A stretch of DNA of 64,000 nt, taken from the IMG/VR virus record IMGVR_UViG_3300042898_001429, positions 30,523 to 94,522 of that record; one strand, 5' to 3'. Positions within the stretch are counted from its first letter, which is position 1. Each line of letters opens with the position of its first letter. Origin of the DNA: a virus. Below are positions 20,826 to 30,930 of the stretch, piece by piece. Both the position numbers and the translations under genes were made by a program. The notes beneath the pieces were generated by a model. It made no database searches. It saw only the letters and a program-made list of their open reading frames with translations, and was not told the DNA's origin.

Positions 20826-21026
20826 CTATTGTTTATCTACATGCCAATCAATATGGTCGTTAAGGCGGTCCCCAACTTTATCCACGCTATTTTGCACTTT
20901 ATCTAACCTCTGCATTACTTGACCGTGGTCAAGAGAGTTAGTCTTCTTCATTGCTTTAAACTCTTTAATTGAAAAACCAAAGGTTGTTATTACTGCAACA
21001 ATAATGGTGGCAAGTGCGGGGTCCAT
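20826..21026 (-). CDS. Small membrane protein (TM plus coiled coil)
   Basis: N-terminal TM, RLDKVQNSVDKVGDRLNDHIDWH. Confidence 0.6.
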   Translation of the reverse strand: MDPALATIIVAVITTFGFSIKEFKAMKKTNSLDHGQVMQRLDKVQNSVDKVGDRLNDHIDWHVDKQ

Positions 21027-21029
21027 GGG

Positions 21030-21779
21030 TCAACGACCCCTCCGACGAATATCTACAGCACGAGGGTTGCCACGACGTGGATGACCCATTTCTTTCCAAG
21101 AAAGCCATGTAGCGGCTTGTAGTTGGTTAGGAAGAAGCCCTGCTTTGTTTGCGGCGGCACGACCAGCATCAGCAAAAGTGTTGTAACGCCCCATAGCACC
21201 CAAACCTCTGTCTGCTGTCTGCCAAGGCATCTTTAAACCAGCACTTGAGTCTGCGTCATGTGTATCTGAAACATATGCCTCTTCATCAAGAGGATTTATA
21301 ATAGTTTTAGTAAAATTATAAGTTTTTAAGTCTTTTGGAAGAACATCACTCCAATGTTCTCCTTCAGCAATCCGTGTTGCGGCTTCAACTTGTGCACCCG
21401 TAGCCTTACCTAACGGCACACCCGTTTTAAAGAATTGGTCAGCACTACGTACATTTTGAGTCCATTCAGTACCACGACTACTAAGTGCGCCAATCACACC
21501 AGCAGCCTTTTCAACATCAGGGTGAATTGCCTGTGCGATACGGTGAGCGGTTGGGTACCAATTCATACCACGTTCTACTTGGTCAGAGGTTGCTATACGT
21601 AAAGCATTTCTCTTGTTGTGAACCATATTGCCAAACTGACCAGTTGACATACGCATGTCTTCAGGAACCGTCGTGTCAGAAGAGGCTTGACGAATGGGGA
21701 TTTTGTCTGTCCCAGGTTGGCGTTCAACAAAGCGAAAGCCTTTGTCTTTAAGGTACTGGGGGTACTCTACATCTCCCAT
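21030..21779 (-). CDS. Conserved phage protein (DUF7178-like)
   Basis: WYPTAH, AAGVIGALS, KTYNF, DTH, QLQAATW motifs. Confidence 0.5.
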   Translation of the reverse strand: MGDVEYPQYLKDKGFRFVERQPGTDKIPIRQASSDTTVPEDMRMSTGQFGNMVHNKRNALRIATSDQVERGMNWYPTAHRIAQAIHPDVEKAAGVIGALSSRGTEWTQNVRSADQFFKTGVPLGKATGAQVEAATRIAEGEHWSDVLPKDLKTYNFTKTIINPLDEEAYVSDTHDADSSAGLKMPWQTADRGLGAMGRYNTFADAGRAAANKAGLLPNQLQAATWLSWKEMGHPRRGNPRAVDIRRRGR

Positions 21780-21781
21780 AT

Positions 21782-22315
21782 TTACCCTTGAGAGTATCGG
21801 AGTTGGCGCTTAGCGGATGTCTCTGCATTTCCACGGTTGTCTTGGCGATAAGCCTCTTTACCAGCACCACGGAACTTGCCAGCGCTTTCACGACGCTTGT
21901 GCTCATCCGCACCATTACCTATGTCGGTAGACCGACGTGCTTCTTTAAAGGTTTGTGGCTTAAAATCATCCATAGGGTCAGTGAATACTTCACCAGTACC
22001 CTCCATGGTCTTTTGTTTGAATGTCTGTGCCTGTGAACCACGGCGTTGTGGGACGTATTTATTACGCATGCCGCTATCTTCATAACTTGGTGTAGCACGT
22101 GCCGCATGGAAAGAAGACCTACGAGAACGACCAACGTCAAATTTATAAGTACCTAATGCACCTGCGTACACAGGAGAAATAGGTAGACCAGAGACGGTTG
22201 AAGTAATAGAAGGTAAACCTACCTTCTGTACGTCTTGTTCTCCGCTATCTCCAGTGGTAGGGGCACCACTATCTCCCGTGACAGGGGCACCACTTGATGG
22301 AGCGCCCGCTTCCAC
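21782..22315 (-). CDS. Hypothetical protein
   Basis: In-operon ORF. Confidence 0.55.
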   Translation of the reverse strand: MEAGAPSSGAPVTGDSGAPTTGDSGEQDVQKVGLPSITSTVSGLPISPVYAGALGTYKFDVGRSRRSSFHAARATPSYEDSGMRNKYVPQRRGSQAQTFKQKTMEGTGEVFTDPMDDFKPQTFKEARRSTDIGNGADEHKRRESAGKFRGAGKEAYRQDNRGNAETSAKRQLRYSQG

Positions 22316-22318
22316 TAT

Positions 22319-22729
22319 TTAGTCGTTTACGACAGTTGGGTTTGGACGGTTCATGTGAGCGCCTGTATTGAAGGCATACTCAAACTGTGGCATCGCATCG
22401 CCACTCATGGCACCCTGTACGAAGTCTGACAATACTGTCGGTGCTTCAATCCAAGATGCTGAACCAACGTGAGCACGCTCACGCATGGTGTCCATTGCAT
22501 GCTTGTACTGTGATTCAGGGTTGGTATGGGATGAACGACCAAGTGGTTGGGTGTCCATGTACGCTCCCTGAGCGAAGTCATGAGGGACATCGGTGTCGGT
22601 TGCGACACCCTCTTCAAAACGAAGAGGTCCCTTATTGCCAGGGATGCTAGGGGCAAAGTTACGCTCAAAGACGTTTACGCCTTTTTCTGGGAACATTGGG
22701 TTAGGTGCTACGGTCACGTAATCCTCCAA
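22319..22729 (-). CDS. Hypothetical protein
   Basis: In-operon ORF; start uncertain. Confidence 0.6.
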   Translation of the reverse strand: MEDYVTVAPNPMFPEKGVNVFERNFAPSIPGNKGPLRFEEGVATDTDVPHDFAQGAYMDTQPLGRSSHTNPESQYKHAMDTMRERAHVGSASWIEAPTVLSDFVQGAMSGDAMPQFEYAFNTGAHMNRPNPTVVND

Positions 22730-22775
22730 ATAGGAATGTTGGTATCTTTACAACTTTACACTATTTTAAAGGTTC

Positions 22776-24338
22776 TCACCTAAAGAATGGGTTTTCAGCC
22801 ACCATAATTTGGGGCATCGTATCTTGGATAGTCATATGGCAAGCGATAGCCAAAGAGTCAGGGTAGTCGTCAAACGCACCCTTCTCATTTGGCGCAGCGG
22901 CTAATAGATACGGGCCTTTATAGACTTTTTCAAGGTCAGCCATCTGTTGATTAAAACGCTTCCAAGTACGGGTACGGCGTGCCTTACTGTGTCCAGGAAT
23001 GATTAATTGTTCACGCTGAATAAGTTCAGTTAAATGCACCCAGCGCTCGTTTTGAGCCTTTGAATCAGAAGATATAGACAAGACTTCAATATCAGGAAGT
23101 AGAACCTGTAGGCGCTCTGCTACAGCCCCTCCTACGCCTTGGGCGTCCACCCCAATACGCAGACAATCATAATTTCTAATAAAATCAATAATTTCAAAAT
23201 ATTGAGACTCCCACTCTTCGTTGTTAATCTCAAGCCAGTTAAGAATACGGTGCTCATAGAACCCGAATGGGTCTGGGTGGTCCCAGTCAACCCAGAGCAC
23301 GGTGACCACAGTGGAGTCGTTGGCACGTGCCACGTCAATCCCGACTACAACAGGAGTACGCCACCACTGTTTAACCAAGCCCATGGATGTGTCGTAGAGG
23401 CGCTCCATGCGCTCTTCTGTAACAAACATACCCTTTTCCAAAATCCACTTATTGCAGTAGGACATCTGGAATTCATCAGAGTCTTCACCAATACGTAGTT
23501 TTTCTTTAGCAATAAACTTTTCGTAGTTAGTGTTGTACTTAGCGGCTGTGCGCCAGTCATATTCAAAGTGGGCACGGCGAATCTTTCTACCGCTAATCTC
23601 ACGCCTCTTGTTGAACTGAATGGCTTTATAGAAATAGCACTTGTTACGGGTTGCAGTACCCGTTAAACAAATAGAACCGTTGTTGAACGCCAACATGGGT
23701 TTAATTGACTTGTTAATCATGAACTCGTCGGCTTCCTGAGCCTCGTCAATAAGGACGAAGTGGTAGGTCTTAGACTCAATCTTTGCCTTGGGGTTACAAG
23801 TTTGCATACGGCAGATTGACCCAGAGTGCTTGAGGGTGATAATACGTCCTCTACCACGAGTACCACCTGATGTGGCTTTGTCATCAATCTCGGGGTCTAA
23901 CAAGAAGTTAAGGGCGTGGTCACTAGACAGTTTGCTGACAATACGCCCAAAGACGGTTTCAGCCTGCTCTTCAACGGGTGCAAATACTCCAACCCAAAAG
24001 CCTTTATCAAACTTGCTCAACCATGTTGGGTAGATAGGAGCCAACTTAGGAAGAATGACCATCATGCCTGCAAGGACATTAGAAAGGACCTCGGACTTAC
24101 CCGACTGGCGGGTAGCCACCACAGTGATTTCCTCACCGTCTCCTAAGACAATTGACTCAATAATCCTGTAGGCAATAGGGACTTGGTAGGGAAAGAGGGT
24201 TACGTCACAAAACTCTTCTACAAATAGAATAAGTTTCTTTACAAGAGTGTCTAGAAACTCTGAGGAGGTTTCGTCAAGTTCCTCTACGTATTCTTCTGGT
24301 AGTTCTAGTTGCTCTATTTGTTCTTCGTCTGTTATCAC
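22776..24338 (-). CDS. Terminase large subunit
   Basis: Walker A TRQSGKS, Walker B VLIDEAQ, nuclease GIDVAR...DST and DDYPDSLA. Confidence 0.95.
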   Translation of the reverse strand: MITDEEQIEQLELPEEYVEELDETSSEFLDTLVKKLILFVEEFCDVTLFPYQVPIAYRIIESIVLGDGEEITVVATRQSGKSEVLSNVLAGMMVILPKLAPIYPTWLSKFDKGFWVGVFAPVEEQAETVFGRIVSKLSSDHALNFLLDPEIDDKATSGGTRGRGRIITLKHSGSICRMQTCNPKAKIESKTYHFVLIDEAQEADEFMINKSIKPMLAFNNGSICLTGTATRNKCYFYKAIQFNKRREISGRKIRRAHFEYDWRTAAKYNTNYEKFIAKEKLRIGEDSDEFQMSYCNKWILEKGMFVTEERMERLYDTSMGLVKQWWRTPVVVGIDVARANDSTVVTVLWVDWDHPDPFGFYEHRILNWLEINNEEWESQYFEIIDFIRNYDCLRIGVDAQGVGGAVAERLQVLLPDIEVLSISSDSKAQNERWVHLTELIQREQLIIPGHSKARRTRTWKRFNQQMADLEKVYKGPYLLAAAPNEKGAFDDYPDSLAIACHMTIQDTMPQIMVAENPFFR

Positions 24339-24353
24339 AATATTAATTCTAGA

Positions 24354-24566
24354 CTAACTGCGTCGGTCTAACTCTTCCCAAATAGAATTGAGGATAGTGA
24401 GGGACTCAGAAACAAGGTCACTGCTTCCTTTGCGAAAACGCCACTCATCAAATTGGCTACAGAAGTTCATCAACGATGAGTCCATCCACCCAACAAGGGC
24501 ATCAGTCTCCATCTTGGTTACACGGCTAGTTGCTTTTTCTTTAAGTTCTTTATTCCAGAAGCGCAT
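24354..24566 (-). CDS. Hypothetical protein
   Basis: TAATG-coupled ORF. Confidence 0.55.
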   Translation of the reverse strand: MRFWNKELKEKATSRVTKMETDALVGWMDSSLMNFCSQFDEWRFRKGSSDLVSESLTILNSIWEELDRRS

Positions 24567-25018
24567 TACCAGTTTCCAATATCTGTGGGTCGTGTGTCCA
24601 TAAACCTAGCACCAAGAACTCCGAGTTCAGCATCTTGCTCAGTCTTATATTTGACTTTTTTACAGATGCCTATTTGAAATGATTTTTTAAATAAAGATAG
24701 TTGGATACCTTTCCCTGTGCGCCACGGGGAGTCAGTTTCTAACATAAAGCCAGAACCTACATAGAGCCTTTGAGTCTTTTCGTAGTCTCTGGTAATCCAA
24801 TAGACAGGTCCAACACCTTGGACGCTGTTTGCGGTGTCTTTAAATATAAAGTATCCGAATAGGGCTATTCCAAGAAAACCTGGGATAAAAGAAAAGATAG
24901 TGAGGGCTATAGATAGAATAAAACAAACTAAAGACCAGTATGAGGCTACTTTTTTAAAGTGAGAAAACAGACGGGTCATTAATCTTTTTGTAGTTGTAAT
25001 CACGAGTCCATGCCTCAA
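24566..25018 (-). CDS. Membrane protein, start uncertain
   Basis: Hydrophobic N-terminal segments. Confidence 0.45.
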   Translation of the reverse strand: MRHGLVITTTKRLMTRLFSHFKKVASYWSLVCFILSIALTIFSFIPGFLGIALFGYFIFKDTANSVQGVGPVYWITRDYEKTQRLYVGSGFMLETDSPWRTGKGIQLSLFKKSFQIGICKKVKYKTEQDAELGVLGARFMDTRPTDIGNW

Positions 25019-25442
25019 TGGTTTGCCCTTTTGAATTTGTATTCAGAAAATCTAGATATACCGATGGGGGCATATCAGTGTATTCATAAATTTCTTGTGT
25101 TTTCTTTTTACCATTTTTGCGAGTTCCGCCAAATTGTACATACGCCGTACCAGTTAAGCCCGTCATTCTGTTAGGCACAAAACGATGTTTAATAACACGA
25201 GTACTTAGTTCTGGACCTTGGTAGTAGTCAGGCTCTGGGATTGAGATAACTGTTTTAGTATCAAACAAAGAAGTATATTCTTGGTTAGATTCTTCAATCT
25301 GCTCTTGAAATTGCTTACCTTTATCAGAAAAGCCACCACCTGTCAGCCATGACGGGGTAGGGCTATCTGTTTCAATGTCATTCCAATTCTTACGAAGACG
25401 TTCACGTCCTGCTGGTTGGATTCCTGCTGGTTTACGAGGCAT
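24954..25442 (-). CDS. KTSC-domain-like protein
   Basis: YVQF...YEYTDMPPSVYLDFLNTNSKGQTI. Confidence 0.55.
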   Translation of the reverse strand: MPRKPAGIQPAGRERLRKNWNDIETDSPTPSWLTGGGFSDKGKQFQEQIEESNQEYTSLFDTKTVISIPEPDYYQGPELSTRVIKHRFVPNRMTGLTGTAYVQFGGTRKNGKKKTQEIYEYTDMPPSVYLDFLNTNSKGQTIEAWTRDYNYKKINDPSVFSL

Positions 25443-25459
25443 CTGTTTAGCCTACCGTA

Positions 25460-25987
25460 TTATGCAGGCTTAGGAATTGCTCGCCATGCTGCTTCAAACT
25501 TTGCAGCATCTTTAGCCATCTCTGGAGAAAGTTCTACATGCAACCACTTGCCCCCAAAACTTCCAGCATTATCGTCCTTGGTAAATAATTTTACCCCTTT
25601 AGAATTTTCTCCTCTTGAGCACCTGAAGCCTCTTCCATAGCCAGGTTTCCCATCTTTGGCATCTTTGTCAAATGCGTAGTCGTGGATTTCTTCAATGCCA
25701 AGTTCTAACGTGTGTGCCAACAAGAAGTCCCACATAGCAACGCCAACCTTGCGGTCAGTGTAACCAAGGTCTATAGCGGCTCCAGTGGCATGAACAGACA
25801 TCCACTTTTCCATTCCTGGGTCACCAATCTTCTTACCTTCGGTATGAGAATTTCGCATCAATCGGGCAACATAGATTCCCATATTGGTGGCTTTGTATCT
25901 CTTGGCACAAAGTTCGGCTAATTTTAAGGTTCCAGGCTGTGCCTTTTTTCCGTCAAAACTGGGGTAATAAGAGTATTTTCTGGTCAT
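25460..25987 (-). CDS. Endolysin-like Zn peptidase (M15-type fold)
   Basis: SVHATGAAIDLG and WLHVE; leaderless TAAAAT-N6-ATG. Confidence 0.7.
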   Translation of the reverse strand: MTRKYSYYPSFDGKKAQPGTLKLAELCAKRYKATNMGIYVARLMRNSHTEGKKIGDPGMEKWMSVHATGAAIDLGYTDRKVGVAMWDFLLAHTLELGIEEIHDYAFDKDAKDGKPGYGRGFRCSRGENSKGVKLFTKDDNAGSFGGKWLHVELSPEMAKDAAKFEAAWRAIPKPA

Positions 25988-26005
25988 GGTTATATTTTAC
26001 CTTAA

Positions 26006-26293
26006 TTATTCCGTTGGTTTTGGGTATCTGTCTTTTACTTCTTTGATAACGGCTTTCCAAGCATCAAACCCTTGATGATAGAGGATGTCCCATTGGTCAT
26101 TTGTAGACGGATAGGCAAGTTGGCGTTGTTCTATATACTCAGTTTTTTGTAACTCAAAAGAAGAAGAAGCCCATTCAATTAGCAAAGCGTCTTTTTCTTC
26201 TTCTGTGTGCTCAAATATTTCACCATTAGTGATGTATGTCATACCTGAAATTTGTTGTTTTAATTCTTCTAAGATTTGTTCTTTACTTTTCAT
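26006..26293 (-). CDS. Tail-fibre-associated small protein
   Basis: RQLAYPSTNDQWDILYH...VKDRYPKP motif. Confidence 0.55.
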   Translation of the reverse strand: MKSKEQILEELKQQISGMTYITNGEIFEHTEEEKDALLIEWASSSFELQKTEYIEQRQLAYPSTNDQWDILYHQGFDAWKAVIKEVKDRYPKPTE

Positions 26294-27222
26294 TTGTTGT
26301 ACCCGTAAATAGTTATAGTTCCAGACATTGTTCCATTAGGAAAAGCGTTGGAAATACCCGAATAAAACCTAATACCATCAAATGACGCTTCACTATCAAT
26401 ACGACCACTTACTTGCCTTACATTAAACCCGTCTGTGTTACCTGCATTAAACCTATTTTGTCTAAAACCGAGGAAAGAAGTTGGAAATCCAGAGACTTGA
26501 GGTCTATAAATATCCATGTAGGCATCAGCGCCCTGAAAAACATCGGACCAAATAACCCAACCTTCTTGTACCTGTCCTGCCGCCGATACTGTTACTGCAC
26601 TACCGTTTGCGTAAGACCCTGACCATGCTAAAATTCCTTGTGCATAACTAAGAGAAGAGTTTGTTGTGCCACCAGACCTTAATGATGCACAAACTACACG
26701 ACCAGCAAGACCCCCACTGGTTGTTTCAATAGAAACTCTATAGTTAGTAAACTGGCTTGTAAAAACATTGTCAAAGTTAACTGCTGTAACACCAACAAAT
26801 TCAACCCTCTGTAATTTTGTTAGACCAGTATTAGTAGCCGAACCAGCAGTGGTGGCATAACCAGCAGTGGTTGCAGTAGTAGCCGAACCAGCGGTAGTGG
26901 CATTAGTGGCATTAGTGGCATTAGTGGCGCTACCAGCAGTGGTAGCGTACGTAGCAGTCCCAGCACTGCCAGCACTACCAGCAGTAGTGGCATAAGCATT
27001 ATCAGTCTGTACCCAAAAGACATTAGTCAGATTAGTGTCATCTGACGTTACTACTATCTGGTCACCAATAGTGGGGACTATCCAAGGCGCTTTGCGCCCA
27101 ATATAAGATAGGGCTACTTCTGAATCAATTCCTAAAATAGTAGGAATCTTGACACGGACTTCTCCTGTAGTGGCATTTGAGAAGGTAACAAGCGCCCTAT
27201 GTATTGGGTGTGCGCTATGCAT
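26290..27222 (-). CDS. Baseplate spike-like protein: gp5/gpV OB-fold, ATTAGS repeats, C-terminal domain
   Basis: GEVRVKIPTILG...VPTIGDQIVV...NVFWV followed by ATTAG/ATN repeats. Confidence 0.6.
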   Translation of the reverse strand: MHSAHPIHRALVTFSNATTGEVRVKIPTILGIDSEVALSYIGRKAPWIVPTIGDQIVVTSDDTNLTNVFWVQTDNAYATTAGSAGSAGTATYATTAGSATNATNATNATTAGSATTATTAGYATTAGSATNTGLTKLQRVEFVGVTAVNFDNVFTSQFTNYRVSIETTSGGLAGRVVCASLRSGGTTNSSLSYAQGILAWSGSYANGSAVTVSAAGQVQEGWVIWSDVFQGADAYMDIYRPQVSGFPTSFLGFRQNRFNAGNTDGFNVRQVSGRIDSEASFDGIRFYSGISNAFPNGTMSGTITIYGYNK

Positions 27223-27356
27223 TATTCTTCTGAGATAGGGCTATCTGATGCATTTGACATCTTTTGCAATGCGGCTTTATAAGCAATATTTTCAAGGGTA
27301 AGGCGCTTTACTTCTTCAAGTAGGCCATTGATAAGGTCATCAGTTTGTAGTTCCAT
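27222..27356 (-). CDS. Small coiled-coil protein (44 aa)
   Basis: Manual ORF MELQTDDLINGLLEEVKRLTLENIAYKAAL...; AGGAG RBS. Confidence 0.5.
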   Translation of the reverse strand: MELQTDDLINGLLEEVKRLTLENIAYKAALQKMSNASDSPISEE

Positions 27357-27393
27357 TTAAGGCTCCTTTGTTATGTGGTGAGTGTAGCAGGTG

Positions 27394-27528
27394 TTATTCG
27401 GCTGGTCGTACCAGTGGTGCAGGTGGTTCTTCTTCGTGTTCCCACAGGATTAGTTCATCGCCAGCGACAGCCCACCCATCCTCAAAACCAGCATCTTTTA
27501 GTAATTGGCAAACTTCTTCGTGGCTCAT
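27394..27528 (-). CDS. Small fibre-associated protein (44 aa)
   Basis: Manual ORF MSHEEVCQLLKDAGFEDGWAVAGDELILWEHEEEPPAP...; ATGA overlap. Confidence 0.5.
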   Translation of the reverse strand: MSHEEVCQLLKDAGFEDGWAVAGDELILWEHEEEPPAPLVRPAE

Positions 27529-28109
27529 CCCGCAATCTCCATTAATGTAATTTGAGAAAGAATATTTGACTGCTGAACAACAACTCCTGCTCCGCCTGCG
27601 TTATTTGCAAATACGGTTTTGTATGTTAAAGCAGAGGTGCTGGATGGGGAATCAAGATAGTTAGAAGAAATAGAAAAATACATCTGCATTGCGGTATTTG
27701 TAAAACCAACATAAAGAATATTTTGTAAAATGTTTACACCATTTCTATGTATTTGCATCAAGATGCCGTTACCTGCACTATCTGCGCTTTTCCAACTATT
27801 GGGATGACTTATCAAAATTAGAATTTTACTTGATGTTGATTTGGGGGTAATTGTTGCTGACAACCCTGTGTCTACATAAGTGCTTGAGTTGTTGGTTGTT
27901 GTAGTTGAATTTGTCCCAACTACGGTTTGCAACACAGTGCCGTTGGTTGGAGTGGTAGCCGAAATATACCGCCATGCTGTGCCATTCCAAACACCAAGCA
28001 TGTCTGTGTCGGTTTCGTAAATCATTTGACCCTCATACGGGGCTGTAGGGCGACTTGAAGATAGACATACGCCAGGGCGTAACCCAGTTGAATTATTACT
28101 AATAGACAT
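27525..28109 (-). CDS. Tail fibre / receptor-binding module
   Basis: RPTAPYEGQMIYETDTD N-module; GTVLQTVV...ITPKSTSSKIL...LDSPSSTSALTYK. Confidence 0.7.
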   Translation of the reverse strand: MSISNNSTGLRPGVCLSSSRPTAPYEGQMIYETDTDMLGVWNGTAWRYISATTPTNGTVLQTVVGTNSTTTTNNSSTYVDTGLSATITPKSTSSKILILISHPNSWKSADSAGNGILMQIHRNGVNILQNILYVGFTNTAMQMYFSISSNYLDSPSSTSALTYKTVFANNAGGAGVVVQQSNILSQITLMEIAG

Positions 28110-28111
28110 TA

Positions 28112-28819
28112 TTAACCAATCCTCACTGGTGTTATATATAAACGCCTATTCCAAAAATACGCTGTGGTTCCAGCATTAGAAACTGCGTATTGAAGTTTGA
28201 TTGTTGAACCAGAAGCAAGAGAAGTTCTACGGATAGTGGCTACATGGTTCCCATTTATTTGCCCACCTCCATAAACTTGTGAATCTCCCAAATCCCAACC
28301 AAGCGATGTTGAATCTCCAGTCACCCAAATACGAGCATTGGTAGAAGTATTTGTTGTCTCGGCAATAAAATTATATGTGCAGTCCCAATCCCCTGCAAAC
28401 GGAGTTACAAAAGACGGACCAACAGTTGAAAGGTCCGCAAAGGTTAATGATGTCGTAGTTTGGCGTGTACCAAAATAATTATTAGGACCAACATAAGAGA
28501 AGTTTGGTGGACCACCAATAAATTCCCATTTGTATGCAGACGTAGAAGCAGAACGATAACGGAAACGCCACACTACACCATTCGTTGAGTCAGCAACATA
28601 ATCAATAATCTGACCATCAACAGGGCTAGAAGGAAGAGACGTTACGAGTGTTGATGTTCCTGGCATTACCCATGCTGAACCGTTGTAGACAAGAACACGG
28701 TCAGTGTCTTTTTCGTACAACATTTGACCTTCAAAAGGTGATGCAGGTCGTGTAGCAGCCGAATCAACCACCCCTGGTTTGATTAGCGATGAACTACCGA
28801 TTTGACTTGTGATAGGCAT
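28112..28819 (-). CDS. Tail fibre / receptor-binding module
   Basis: RPASPFEGQMLYEKDTD N-module shared with neighbour. Confidence 0.65.
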   Translation of the reverse strand: MPITSQIGSSSLIKPGVVDSAATRPASPFEGQMLYEKDTDRVLVYNGSAWVMPGTSTLVTSLPSSPVDGQIIDYVADSTNGVVWRFRYRSASTSAYKWEFIGGPPNFSYVGPNNYFGTRQTTTSLTFADLSTVGPSFVTPFAGDWDCTYNFIAETTNTSTNARIWVTGDSTSLGWDLGDSQVYGGGQINGNHVATIRRTSLASGSTIKLQYAVSNAGTTAYFWNRRLYITPVRIG

Positions 28820-28977
28820 TAGTTCCCCTCCCGTTCTTCTGCCGTGTTACCTTCAGCAACCCATATGAGATACGCCTGATAGTCCGTGTTGGCAGGGTCG
28901 TTCGGAATCATCGCAGAATCAGAAATTCTAAAAATTGATTTATTTTTGCTATATGGGTTTGAAATAAGTTTATACAT
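28819..28977 (-). CDS. Small fibre chaperone-like protein (52 aa)
   Basis: Manual ORF ...IPNDPANTDYQAYLIWVAEGNTAEE. Confidence 0.6.
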   Translation of the reverse strand: MYKLISNPYSKNKSIFRISDSAMIPNDPANTDYQAYLIWVAEGNTAEEREGN

Positions 28978-30092
28978 TACAATTCCGCCGATGCAGCCCA
29001 GTGTCCCCTAATACTGACCGCCACATAATTAGCCCCAACTCCGAAAAACATCATTCCTCCACTTGCACCAGCCCAATCGCCAGTCCAGTTGTAAGAAGAG
29101 TTTGTATCTCCTACGCCACTTCTGTTGTAGGTAAAATTATTAGCAACACCAGCAGTTGACCAAACATTTAAAGTGGGAGTTACTCTTTTGAGCACTTTAA
29201 ACTGTATGTGAACAAGTGCATTGCCATACAAGTCGCTAACGGTTCCGACAAAAAGACTTCCAGGATTAGACGAAGCCCCAGGAGCAACATCGTAATTATA
29301 AGATTTTTCGTAGTACCGTTGGCACAGGGCTAGTTCTACACCGATAGGGCGTTGTTCAAACGGGGTTGGCTGGTAGTTCTGTTCCAACTGCACACCAGTC
29401 AAATAAAAAGTTGAGTTTGCAATGGTAGCCAAGTTGACCGAATCGCTAGTTGCGTAATGGTAAGAACTCAATGCCCCCCATGAATCCAAGTTAGTATTTC
29501 CAATACGGTCAGCGTGAGAACCAAGCGAGAAGGACATACTTAACCCAGCACCTGTTGCTTTTTCCCAAACACCACTGGACACAGCCGTTGCCATATCTAT
29601 CGTTATGGTTTTGTATTCCCAAGTGTTTGCCGAGTTGATTGTGTATGTTTTTAATAGGCTTCTAGTAGAAGCACCATTGGTAAACCAGATACTATATTTT
29701 CCTGCTGTTGACGACCTAACCCAAAAAGACAAAGAACATGTTTTCCCATAAAGGGCAGAAGCATTATATCCTTCTATAGTTTGATTAACGAATTGGTTTC
29801 CACCAGAAGAAAATGTTAAAGGCGTGGCACCGTTAGCCCATTTGTAAGCATTGGTAAATCCAGTTGGGACAACCGTTGTTTCATTGCTGACAGTTGGATT
29901 TGTACCTGCTGACCATGTGTAGTCTTGGGTTCTCCACCTATCTGCACCGTAATAGTATGTACCACCACCAGTACCAAAAGAAAACGAAGTACCCCGTTGT
30001 GCAACTTTCATATCTCCATTGGTGATTACATTACGAAATCCCAACCCCGCTGGGAGTAGCGCAGAAGAACCGAGAGCAGAAGAAATAGGCAT
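28977..30092 (-). CDS. Tail fibre with carbohydrate-binding-like domain
   Basis: RNVITNGDMKVAQRG...TGVQLE...TPFEQRPIGVELALCQRYY; start MPISS coupled via TAATG. Confidence 0.7.
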   Translation of the reverse strand: MPISSALGSSALLPAGLGFRNVITNGDMKVAQRGTSFSFGTGGGTYYYGADRWRTQDYTWSAGTNPTVSNETTVVPTGFTNAYKWANGATPLTFSSGGNQFVNQTIEGYNASALYGKTCSLSFWVRSSTAGKYSIWFTNGASTRSLLKTYTINSANTWEYKTITIDMATAVSSGVWEKATGAGLSMSFSLGSHADRIGNTNLDSWGALSSYHYATSDSVNLATIANSTFYLTGVQLEQNYQPTPFEQRPIGVELALCQRYYEKSYNYDVAPGASSNPGSLFVGTVSDLYGNALVHIQFKVLKRVTPTLNVWSTAGVANNFTYNRSGVGDTNSSYNWTGDWAGASGGMMFFGVGANYVAVSIRGHWAASAEL

Positions 30093-30442
30093 TAGGCTGT
30101 TTGTTTCGTCCATCCAACGACAGTCACATTGACCTTTGCGCCAGTATCTGATAATCCCTGAATAGTCTCTCCAGCATTCAGGACAATACCCGTATCCAAG
30201 ATGATTGTGTCAAATCCAGCAATAGGAAGAAGAGAGACAAAACGATTAGCAAGAGTAGCGGCTGAACCAATCGCCAGAGAAAGAACACGGTCTTGGGTGT
30301 CTGTATTGCACATGATTACTTGCTTGACAATATACTGGTATCCAGAGGGAACTGTGGCAACAACAGTTGTAGTGGTTCCCAATTGAGTACTCGCCACACC
30401 TGAGTCATTTAGTCTTGCTTCGTTGCGGTCACCGACAGCCAT
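30092..30442 (-). CDS. Fibre adaptor-like beta protein
   Basis: TVPSGYQYIVKQVIMCN module, paralogous to 30442 and 32244 N-termini. Confidence 0.55.
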   Translation of the reverse strand: MAVGDRNEARLNDSGVASTQLGTTTTVVATVPSGYQYIVKQVIMCNTDTQDRVLSLAIGSAATLANRFVSLLPIAGFDTIILDTGIVLNAGETIQGLSDTGAKVNVTVVGWTKQTA

Positions 30443-30930
30443 TACATCATCTCCATTAACATTATTGCACCTGCTTGGTTATTAGACAAAAAGGCGTTAG
30501 GTCCTAGTTTTGCGGCGGTTATATTACTATCTGCAATTTTAGCAGTAGTTACAGCGGAATCCGCTAACCCTGAAACTACCATACCGCCAGCGTTCTCTAC
30601 GCCTGAGATGGTTACGTTAATAGTAGAACTAGCGCTAGACTTGGCTGAGATAAAATCACCCGAAGTCATTACCTGTGATACATCCAATAATACTGTTTCA
30701 TTAGCCGCTAATGACAAAGAGTTAAATAAACGGTTGGCTGTGCCAGCAGTTTGTGTAACGGGTACCAAAGAGATGCTAATAGTGGCAGTTGCAGAAGCGC
30801 TTGTGTTGGTTACTACAAACTGTTTAATCATTGTTGTAGTGGTTTGGGCGGTAGGGCACGTATACAGGTTTGTCTCAGTGTTAGCCGTAAGGACGGCTGG
30901 TCCTGATAGTCGTTTTTCTGTAAAAGCCAT
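30442..30930 (-). CDS. Fibre adaptor-like beta protein
   Basis: YTCPT...IKQFVVTN module; ADSAVTTAKIAD repeat. Confidence 0.55.
   Translation of the reverse strand: MAFTEKRLSGPAVLTANTETNLYTCPTAQTTTTMIKQFVVTNTSASATATISISLVPVTQTAGTANRLFNSLSLAANETVLLDVSQVMTSGDFISAKSSASSTINVTISGVENAGGMVVSGLADSAVTTAKIADSNITAAKLGPNAFLSNNQAGAIMLMEMM

Noticed and set aside
18703-25442. Terminase small subunit assignment
   Set aside because: No ORF here shows a motif I can confidently assign
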